Source of the DNA: Leifsonia sp.
GTDB lineage: Bacteria > Actinomycetota > Actinomycetes > Actinomycetales > Microbacteriaceae
Direction: 5' to 3'
NCBI GenBank assembly: GCA_051962155.1
Contig: JBQCCO010000203.1
Location: 409 to 64,408 of the forward strand
Length of the DNA stretch: 64,000 nucleotides
Part shown: piece after piece, positions 57,506-64,000 of the stretch
How positions within the stretch are numbered: the first letter of the stretch is position 1
How the letters are laid out: every line of letters begins with the position of its first letter
Notes under the pieces: model-generated
The model's database searches: none
Told to the model about the DNA's origin: nothing
Seen by the model: only the letters and a program-made list of their open reading frames with translations
Program-made: the position numbers and the translations under genes

Positions 57506-57826
57506 ATGCGCGGCAAACTCCTCTTCGTCACCGGGGCGGCGGTGGGCTACGTGCTCGGCGCGCGCGCCGGCCGCAAGCGGTACGAGCAGCTGAAGGCCGC
57601 CGCCGGCAAGGTCTGGGAGTCGCCCGGGGTGCAGAAGCAGGTGCACGCCGTGGAGGACTTCGTGGCCGAGAAGGTGGGCGAGTTCCCCGAGACGGTGTAC
57701 ATCACCATCAAGAAGCTCGTGGTCCAGGCGAACGCCCGGCGCCGCGAGGCCCGCGCGCCCTATCCGTCGCCGGCAGCCGAGGCGGCCATCCGTGCGGCGG
57801 ACGACGGCAGCCCCACGTCGTCCTGA
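57506..57826 (+). CDS. YtxH-domain small stress protein
   Basis: MRGKLLFVTGAAVGYVLGARAGRKRYEQL, with SD GGGAGACGG upstream. Confidence 0.6.
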   Translation: MRGKLLFVTGAAVGYVLGARAGRKRYEQLKAAAGKVWESPGVQKQVHAVEDFVAEKVGEFPETVYITIKKLVVQANARRREARAPYPSPAAEAAIRAADDGSPTSS

Positions 57827-57863
57827 CAGGGGTACTGTACGGAAGCGACGAGGGGAGACGCGG

Positions 57864-58367
57864 ATGACCGACCGTGAACGGACCGCCGCCGGCGCTGCCG
57901 GTGCGCCCGGTGCGCCACGCACGGCGGGCGCGGATCCGGTTCAGGATGCTCGCGCCCGTGCTCGCGCCCAGGGCGGCCGCAGCCGATCGCTGGTCCAGCT
58001 TGTCTCCGACCTGCCACGCCTGATCGTCCACCTGCTCAAGGCCGAGCTGAATCATCTGAAGGCCGAGTTCGCCGAGAAGGCGAGATATGCCGGTGTCGGC
58101 ATAGGGCTCCTCGTGGTCGCTGCGCTCCTGCTGTTCTTCGCGCTGGGGGTGCTCATCGCCGCTGCGATCCTCGGGATCGCCGTTGCATTGCCGGCCTGGG
58201 CCGCCGCCCTGATCGTGTTCGGCGGACTGGTCGTGATCGCGGTCGTCCTCGCGCTGTTCGGGATCCGGTCGTTCAAGAAGATGGACGGCGTTGCGCCGTC
58301 GCAGACCATCGAGAGCGTCCGCGAGGACGCCGACGCGCTGAAAGGACTGGGGAAGTATGACAACTGA
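57864..58367 (+). CDS. Phage-holin-family (Holin-X, DUF1469) membrane protein, second copy
   Basis: LKAELNHLKAEFAEKARYAGVGIGLL plus two TM helices. SD GGGGAG. Paralog of 10960-11388. Confidence 0.75.
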   Translation: MTDRERTAAGAAGAPGAPRTAGADPVQDARARARAQGGRSRSLVQLVSDLPRLIVHLLKAELNHLKAEFAEKARYAGVGIGLLVVAALLLFFALGVLIAAAILGIAVALPAWAAALIVFGGLVVIAVVLALFGIRSFKKMDGVAPSQTIESVREDADALKGLGKYDN

Positions 58368-58572
58368 CCGCAGCGACGTCGACCGGGCGCGCGCCGAGCT
58401 CGCCGCCACCATGGACGCGATCGAGTACAAGCTCAACGTGCCCAAGCGCACCGCCGAGCGCGTCCAGCGGCTGCGGGCCGAGAACCCCGTCGCCCTCGCC
58501 GGGATCGCGGCCGGTGCAGTGGCCGCGGTGGCCGGCGCCGTGTGGGGCATCGTCCGGCTCGTCCGCCGGTGA
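58357..58572 (+). CDS. DUF3618-like small membrane protein, second copy
   Basis: RARAELAATMDAIEYK plus a C-terminal TM helix. Overlaps the holin-like gene by 11 nt. Confidence 0.65.
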   Translation: MTTDRSDVDRARAELAATMDAIEYKLNVPKRTAERVQRLRAENPVALAGIAAGAVAAVAGAVWGIVRLVRR

Positions 58573-58588
58573 ACCGGCGCCCGTTTTT
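58565..58588 (+). terminator. Weak hairpin followed by a T5 run (rare in this GC-rich DNA)
   Basis: GCCGG-tgaa-CCGGC, then gcccg, then TTTTT. Overlaps the DUF3618 stop codon. Confidence 0.3.
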
Positions 58589-58621
58589 GGCCTTCTCAGG
58601 TTTGCGAGAGAGACTGTGGGT

Positions 58622-59353
58622 ATGAGTACCCCGGCTGCCGTTCCGGCAGAGTCGACCAGCCCAGAAACCCCCAGCGACAACCCGTCCGGCTTCACGCTCT
58701 GGGCCGTGCTGCGCCGCGATCCCGCCCGCCCGGACGACCTGGACGGCACCGATGTGCCGAAAGCCGTCGAGGAGCTGGAGGGCGTGATCGCCGACATCGA
58801 ACTCCAGAATGTGACCGTTCGAGGCCTCTACGACGTCTCGGGCCTGCGCGCCGACGCCGATCTGATGCTCTGGCTGCACGGACCCGAGGCCGACACCCTG
58901 CAGTGGGGTCTGCGCCAGCTGCGTCGCACCCGGTTGCTGAAGGCACTCCTCCCGACGTGGAACGCGATGGGGGTGCACCGGGATGCGGAGTTCAACAAGG
59001 CGCACGTGCCCGCCTTCCTGCGCGGCGTGGAGCCGAAGGACTGGCTCTGCGTCTACCCGTTCGTCCGCAGCTACGAGTGGTACCTGCTTCCCGACGAGGA
59101 GCGCTCGACGATGCTCGCCGATCACGGCCGCAAGGGCGCCGCGTTCCGGTCGGTGCTCGCGAACACCGTCGCGGCCTTCGCGCTGGGCGACTACGAGTGG
59201 CTGCTCCCGATGGAGGCCGACCAGCTGACCGACCTCGTCGACATGATGCGCGAGCTGCGGTACACCGAGGCGCGCCGCCACGTCCGCGAAGAGGTGCCGT
59301 TCTTCACCGGCCGCCGCATCCAGCCCGCCGAACTGGTGGAGGTTCTGCAGTGA
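58622..59353 (+). CDS. hemQ: Coproheme decarboxylase (HemQ/ChdC, chlorite-dismutase family)
   Basis: LCVYPFVRSYEWYLLP and RELRYTEARRHVREEVPFFTGRR motifs. Confidence 0.85.
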   Translation: MSTPAAVPAESTSPETPSDNPSGFTLWAVLRRDPARPDDLDGTDVPKAVEELEGVIADIELQNVTVRGLYDVSGLRADADLMLWLHGPEADTLQWGLRQLRRTRLLKALLPTWNAMGVHRDAEFNKAHVPAFLRGVEPKDWLCVYPFVRSYEWYLLPDEERSTMLADHGRKGAAFRSVLANTVAAFALGDYEWLLPMEADQLTDLVDMMRELRYTEARRHVREEVPFFTGRRIQPAELVEVLQ

Positions 59354-60567
59354 CGGACGCCCGCACGGGTGAACAGGTGGAGGCCGCCGGCACGGCAACG
59401 CCCGGCGCGCGAGTGCTCGCTGCGACCCCCGCCGCGGCCGGCGGTCCGGAGCACGTGACGGAGCCGGTCGCCTACGACGCGATCCTCCTCGCCGGCTTCG
59501 GCGGGCCGGAGGGTCAGGACGACGTCATCCCCTTCCTCCGCAACGTCACGCGCGGGCGCGGCATCCCGGACGAGCGGCTGGAGGAGGTGGCGCACCACTA
59601 TCGCCATTTCGGGGGCGTCAGTCCGATCAACGACCAGAACCGCGAGCTCAAGGCGGCGCTGGAGGCAGAACTGGCTGAGCGCGGGATCGACCTGCCGGTG
59701 CTCTGGGGCAACCGCAACTGGGACCCGTACCTCGCGGAGGCGCTCCGGGAGGCCGACGAGCGCGGCTTCACGAAGCTCATCGCGATCGCGACGAGCGCGT
59801 ACTCCTCGTACTCCAGCTGCCGCCAGTATCGCGAGGACTTCGCGGGCGCGCTCGAGGCCACCAGGCTCGCCGGGCGCATCCAGATCGACAAGGTCCGTCA
59901 GTTCTTCGACCACCCGGGGTTCGTCGAGCCGTTCATCGAGGGCGTCCGCACGGCGATCGACGAGCTGCAGCAGAGGCTGCCGGGCATCGACCCGGCCACC
60001 GAGGTCCGGATCCTCTACTCGACGCACTCGATCCCCTCCACCGATGCCGCCAAGTCCGGACCGGCCGACCGCGGCTTCGGGGAGGGTGGCGCCTACGCCG
60101 CCCAGCACCTCGCGGTCGCGGAGGTCGTCTCGCACGCCGCGACCGGCGGGACGGTCGCCTGGGATCTGGTCTACCAGTCCCGCTCCGGTCCGCCGTCGAT
60201 GCCGTGGCTGGAGCCCGACATCAACGACCGCATCGCCGAACTGCCCGCGCTGGGCGTCAAGGCCGTGGTCATCGTGCCGCTCGGCTTCGTGAGCGACCAC
60301 ATGGAGGTGCTCTGGGACCTCGACAACGAGGCGCTGGAGACCAGCGACAAGAACGGTCTGGTAGCGGTCCGCGTCCCGACGCCCGGGACGCACGCGAGCT
60401 ACGTCCGCGGACTCGTCGACCTCGTCCTGGAGCGCCGCGACGGCGTGCCGGTCGAGCAGCGTCCCGCACTCACCTCGCTCGGCCCCTGGTACGACGTGTG
60501 CCGGCCCGGCTGCTGCGAGAACGTCCGCCTCGGCTTCAAGCCGGCAGTGGCGGGGCTCGCTCCGTGA
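59350..60567 (+). CDS. hemH: Coproporphyrin ferrochelatase (CpfC/HemH), actinobacterial type with a C-terminal Cys cluster
   Basis: LLAGFGGPEG, YSTHSIP and VPLGFVSDHMEVLWDLD motifs. The C-terminal CRPGCC suggests a [2Fe-2S] site. GTGA overlap with hemQ. Confidence 0.9.
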   Translation: MTDARTGEQVEAAGTATPGARVLAATPAAAGGPEHVTEPVAYDAILLAGFGGPEGQDDVIPFLRNVTRGRGIPDERLEEVAHHYRHFGGVSPINDQNRELKAALEAELAERGIDLPVLWGNRNWDPYLAEALREADERGFTKLIAIATSAYSSYSSCRQYREDFAGALEATRLAGRIQIDKVRQFFDHPGFVEPFIEGVRTAIDELQQRLPGIDPATEVRILYSTHSIPSTDAAKSGPADRGFGEGGAYAAQHLAVAEVVSHAATGGTVAWDLVYQSRSGPPSMPWLEPDINDRIAELPALGVKAVVIVPLGFVSDHMEVLWDLDNEALETSDKNGLVAVRVPTPGTHASYVRGLVDLVLERRDGVPVEQRPALTSLGPWYDVCRPGCCENVRLGFKPAVAGLAP

Positions 60568-61565
60568 CCGGCTCCGTGACGAGGGTCGAGGGCGCCGCCG
60601 AGCGCCGCGACGGAGTGCTGCGCATCGGAACGCGGGGCAGTGCCCTGGCCGTCGCCCAGACGACGACGGTCGCCGAGTCGATCGCGCGCGCGACCGGATC
60701 GGATGTCGAACTCGTCACGGTGACCACGCACGGGGACACGTCGCGCGAGTCGCTCTCGCAGCTCGGAGGGACCGGCGTCTTCGCGACGGCCCTGCGCGAG
60801 GCGCTGACCGCCGGCGAGGTCGATCTCGTGGTGCACTCCCTCAAAGACCTCCCGACGGCACCGGCGCCCGGCCTCGTGATCGGCGCCATCCCGAAGCGCG
60901 CCGATGCCCGCGACGCGCTGTGCGCGCGCGACGGCCTGACGCTCGAGACCCTCCCGGAGGGCGCCCGGGTCGGCACCGGCTCACCCCGGCGCGTCGCCCA
61001 GCTGAAGGCGCAGCGCCCGGACCTCGACATCGTCGACCTGCGCGGCAACGTCGACACGCGCCTCGGCAAGGTGGGCGCCGGCGAGTTGGATGCGGTGGTG
61101 CTCGCCGCCGCCGGGCTCAGTCGTCTGGGACGGCTGGAGGCCGTCACCGACTTCTTCCCGCTGTCCACCATGCCGACCGCGCCCGGCCAGGGTGCTCTCG
61201 CGCTGGAGGTCCGCGCCGGCGAGGAGAAGGGCCGCGGTCTGGTCGCGCGGGCGCTCTCCGCCGTCGACCACGTCACCACGCATGCCTCCGTCATCGCCGA
61301 GCGCGATGTGCTCGCGGGGCTCGAGGCGGGATGCGCCGCCCCGATCGGCGCGACCGCGATCGTCGACGACGGTCTCCTCTTCCTCACCGCCACGGTGTAC
61401 CGGCCGGACGGCAGCGAACAGCTCACCGCCTCCCACGCGGCGACCCCCGACTCCCTCAGCGCCGCGCACCTCGAAGAGGCGGCGCACGACGTCGGCGCCC
61501 GCGTGGTCGCCGAACTGCTCGACGCGGGCGCGGCCGGCCTCGCGCCGCTGGGGAGCACTCGATGA
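60564..61565 (+). CDS. hemC: Hydroxymethylbilane synthase (porphobilinogen deaminase)
   Basis: LRIGTRGSALAVAQ, VHSLKDLPT and RGNVDTRL motifs, plus the cofactor Cys in LEAGCAAPIG. GTGA overlap with hemH. Confidence 0.9.
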   Translation: MTGSVTRVEGAAERRDGVLRIGTRGSALAVAQTTTVAESIARATGSDVELVTVTTHGDTSRESLSQLGGTGVFATALREALTAGEVDLVVHSLKDLPTAPAPGLVIGAIPKRADARDALCARDGLTLETLPEGARVGTGSPRRVAQLKAQRPDLDIVDLRGNVDTRLGKVGAGELDAVVLAAAGLSRLGRLEAVTDFFPLSTMPTAPGQGALALEVRAGEEKGRGLVARALSAVDHVTTHASVIAERDVLAGLEAGCAAPIGATAIVDDGLLFLTATVYRPDGSEQLTASHAATPDSLSAAHLEEAAHDVGARVVAELLDAGAAGLAPLGSTR

Positions 61566-62398
61566 CCAACACCGCGCCGATCCCGAAGCCGCTCGCCGGC
61601 TGGCGGGTGCTCGTGCCGCGCGGCGGCCCGTGGGGCGACTCGGTCGCGGCGGACCTGCGGGCCAAGGGCGCCTCTCCGATCGTCGCCGCGATGATCAACT
61701 TCGCGCCGACGGCCGATGCGCCGGCCCTCGAGGCCGCCCTCGCTCGGCTCGCGAACGGCGACTTCGACTGGATGACCGTCACCAGTGCGACGACGGTGGA
61801 TGTGCTCAGCGCCCAGCGGGCCGTCGTGCCCCCGACGACGCGGGTCGCCGCGGTCGGCGAGACGACCGCCGCCGCGCTCGCGGCCGCCGGCTACCACGTC
61901 GACCTGGTGCCATCGGAGGACAACTCCGCGCGCGGTCTGCTCGCCGAGTGGGAGGCGGCCACGCAGGGCGCGTTGCCGCTTCGGATCCTGACGCTGCGGT
62001 CGGAGATCGCGAAGCCGCTGCTGACCGAAGGCCTGCGGCGCATCGGGCATCACGTCGAGTCGGTGGTCGCCTATCGCACCGTCGGAGTGGCCGTGCCCGA
62101 GAACGTCGTGCGGGATGTCCGCGACGGGCTGGTGCAGGCCATCCTGGTGACGAGCGGCTCGGTCGCCGAGCAGGTGCAGCAGCAGCTCGGACCGGTCCCC
62201 GAGTCGACGCTCATCGCCGCGATCGGCCCGCAGACCGCGCGCGACGCACGCAGCTTCGGACTCCGGGTGGATGTGGTCGCCGCCGAGCGCACCGCCGCAT
62301 CCCTCATCGACGCCGTCGTCCGCGTCGCGCTCTCGGGAGCCGTCCACCCGCACCCACACCCCGACCCCGAAGCCGACGACGCCACCGAGAGCTCCTGA
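61562..62398 (+). CDS. hemD: Uroporphyrinogen-III synthase (stand-alone)
   Basis: [12 protein letters not shown]...[11 protein letters not shown]...[10 protein letters not shown] pattern. ATGA overlap with hemC. Confidence 0.8.
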   Translation: MTNTAPIPKPLAGWRVLVPRGGPWGDSVAADLRAKGASPIVAAMINFAPTADAPALEAALARLANGDFDWMTVTSATTVDVLSAQRAVVPPTTRVAAVGETTAAALAAAGYHVDLVPSEDNSARGLLAEWEAATQGALPLRILTLRSEIAKPLLTEGLRRIGHHVESVVAYRTVGVAVPENVVRDVRDGLVQAILVTSGSVAEQVQQQLGPVPESTLIAAIGPQTARDARSFGLRVDVVAAERTAASLIDAVVRVALSGAVHPHPHPDPEADDATESS

Positions 62399-62483
62399 CC
62401 TTCCGGCCTCCGGCGGCGGCGCCCGACGAACTCGGACCCGTCGTCTGGGAAACCGTCAGCGCCGCGGGCGTAGGCTCGTACGA

Positions 62484-63464
62484 GTGAGCGAACTGCATCC
62501 CGTCATCCGCCCCCGACGGCTGCGGCAGTCGCCGGCGATGCGCCGGCTGACCGCCGAGACCCGCCTCCATCCGGCCGAGCTGATTCTCCCGGTGTTCGTG
62601 CGTGAGGGCGCGAGCGAGCCCGTCCCGATCGGGTCGATGCCCGGCGTGGTGCAGCACAGCCTCGACTCGTTGAAGCGCGCCGCGAACGAGGCGGCCGAGG
62701 CCGGAGTCGGCGGCCTCATGCTGTTCGGCGTGCCGGAGACCCGGGATGCGGTGGGCTCCGGCGCGACCGACCCGGACGGCATCCTCAACGTCGCGACCCG
62801 CGTCCTCGCCGACGAGGTGGGGGACGCCATCGTCGTGCAGACGGACCTGTGCCTCGACGAGTTCACCGACCACGGCCACTGCGGCGTCCTCGATGCGCGG
62901 GGGAACGTCGACAACGACGCCACCCTGCTCCGCTACCGCGACATGGCCATCGCCCAGGCGGAGGCCGGCTCGCAGCTCCTCGGGCTCAGCGGGATGATGG
63001 ACGGCCAGGTCGCCGCCGTGCGCGAGGCGCTCGACGACGCGGGCCGCACCGACGTGGTGATCCTCGCCTATGCCGCCAAGTACGCCTCCGGCTTCTACGG
63101 GCCGTTCCGCGAGGCCGTCGACTCCCAGCTCTCCGGCGACCGCCGGGCCTACCAGCAGGACCCGGCGAACCGCCGCGAGGGCCTGCGCGAGGCGCGGCTC
63201 GACCTCGAGGAGGGAGCCGACATCCTCATGGTGAAGCCGGCGCTCAGCTACCTCGACGTGCTCAGCGATGTCGCCGAGATCAGCGACGTGCCCGTCTGGG
63301 CCTACCAGGTGTCCGGCGAGTACGCGATGGTGGAGGCGGCGGCCGCGAACGGCTGGATCGACCGCGAGCGCATCATCGAGGAGACCCTTCTGGGGGCGCG
63401 CCGAGCCGGCGCCGACGCGATCCTGACCTACTGGGCGACCGAGGTGGCGGGGTGGCTGCGATGA
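62484..63464 (+). CDS. hemB: Porphobilinogen synthase (delta-aminolevulinate dehydratase)
   Basis: [24 protein letters not shown] (active Lys) and YQVSGEYAM motifs. GTG start. Confidence 0.9.
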   Translation: MSELHPVIRPRRLRQSPAMRRLTAETRLHPAELILPVFVREGASEPVPIGSMPGVVQHSLDSLKRAANEAAEAGVGGLMLFGVPETRDAVGSGATDPDGILNVATRVLADEVGDAIVVQTDLCLDEFTDHGHCGVLDARGNVDNDATLLRYRDMAIAQAEAGSQLLGLSGMMDGQVAAVREALDDAGRTDVVILAYAAKYASGFYGPFREAVDSQLSGDRRAYQQDPANRREGLREARLDLEEGADILMVKPALSYLDVLSDVAEISDVPVWAYQVSGEYAMVEAAAANGWIDRERIIEETLLGARRAGADAILTYWATEVAGWLR

Positions 63465-64000
63465 GCGACAGCAACGAGAAGGAGTTCGAGCGTGCCCAGC
63501 GCGTCATCCCGGGCGGCGTGAACTCGCCGGTCCGGGCGTTCGGGTCCGTCGGCGGCACGCCGCGCTTCCTGGTGTCCGCCCGCGGACCGTACGTCACCGA
63601 CGCGGAGGGTCGCGAGTACGTCGACCTGGTCGCGTCGTGGGGTCCGGCCATCCTCGGCCACGCCCATCCCGCCGTCGTGGATGCGGTGCAGCAGGCCGCC
63701 GCGCGCGGCCTGTCGTTCGGCGCCTCCACCCCGGCAGAGACCGAGCTCGCCGAGACCGTGATCGCGCGCGTGCCGTTCGTCGAGAAGCTGCGGCTCGTCT
63801 CGACCGGCACGGAGGCGACCATGAGCGCGATCCGTCTCGCCCGCGGGTTCACCGGACGGCCGCTGCTCCTCAAGTTCGCCGGTCACTATCACGGCCATTC
63901 GGACAGCCTCCTCGCCCAGGCCGGCTCGGGCCTCGCGACCCTGGCCCTGCCCGGATCCGCCGGCGTGACCGAGGCGACCGCCGCGCAGACCATCGTTCTG
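63461..64000 (+). CDS. hemL: Glutamate-1-semialdehyde 2,1-aminomutase, 3'-truncated by window edge
   Basis: Hand translation gives [32 protein letters not shown]...[16 protein letters not shown]...[22 protein letters not shown] overlap with hemB. Absent from the ORF track because no stop falls in the window. Confidence 0.9.
   Translation, partial: MSDSNEKEFERAQRVIPGGVNSPVRAFGSVGGTPRFLVSARGPYVTDAEGREYVDLVASWGPAILGHAHPAVVDAVQQAAARGLSFGASTPAETELAETVIARVPFVEKLRLVSTGTEATMSAIRLARGFTGRPLLLKFAGHYHGHSDSLLAQAGSGLATLALPGSAGVTEATAAQTIVL

Noticed and set aside
60536-62359. 607-aa minus-strand ORF.
   Set aside because: It is antisense to hemC and hemD.

Overview
High-GC (about 70% by eye) actinobacterial chromosomal segment. 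Gene content and protein motifs fit a Microbacteriaceae-type genome best, which is an inference. I support about 60 densely packed protein-coding genes, many with 1-4 nt stop/start overlaps. I recognised no rRNA, tRNA, CRISPR array, transposase or integrase. Main blocks, left to right: (1) MFS, quinone oxidoreductase and a MarP-like CvpA/serine protease. (2) A copper module: His/Met-rich membrane protein, YcnI, CopC. (3) A LAS-type peptidase-like secreted protein and a NUDIX hydrolase. (4) A lower-GC single-gene island encoding an AlbA_2/Schlafen-like ATP-binding wHTH protein. (5) YihY, a Holin-X/DUF3618 pair, and usp-crcB-crcB. (6) A secreted Ala/Val/Pro-rich protein followed by a six-repeat chaplin-like LAxTG-anchored protein. 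(7) An orphan ribbon-helix-helix gene behind an AT-rich iteron region. (8) An srsABC-like type III PKS / methyltransferase / flavoprotein cluster. (9) A mannitol PTS operon that also carries ptsH and ptsI, with a divergent MtlR-like activator. (10) Lipoprotein, HAD hydrolase, SseB-like protein, NucS, lactonase, and an MFS/LacI pair with a perfect palindromic operator. (11) M20 amidohydrolase, MATE, two hypothetical proteins, an ABC-2 exporter and a MarR/GbsR-like regulator. (12) A YncE-propeller/phosphoesterase fusion, a beta-lactamase-like hydrolase, an M13 peptidase, PrsW, an MprF-like protein, GlyRS and a GNAT. (13) A nearly contiguous 10.7 kb cluster holding all nine enzymes of the coproporphyrin-dependent heme pathway, interrupted by a YtxH/Holin-X/DUF3618 stress triad. 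Non-coding signals include two copies of an ~80-100 bp palindromic intergenic repeat, a twin 17-bp palindrome, several strong hairpin terminators, and in-frame coding microsatellites. Many long ORFs in the supplied track are antisense shadow ORFs typical of high-GC DNA and were rejected.
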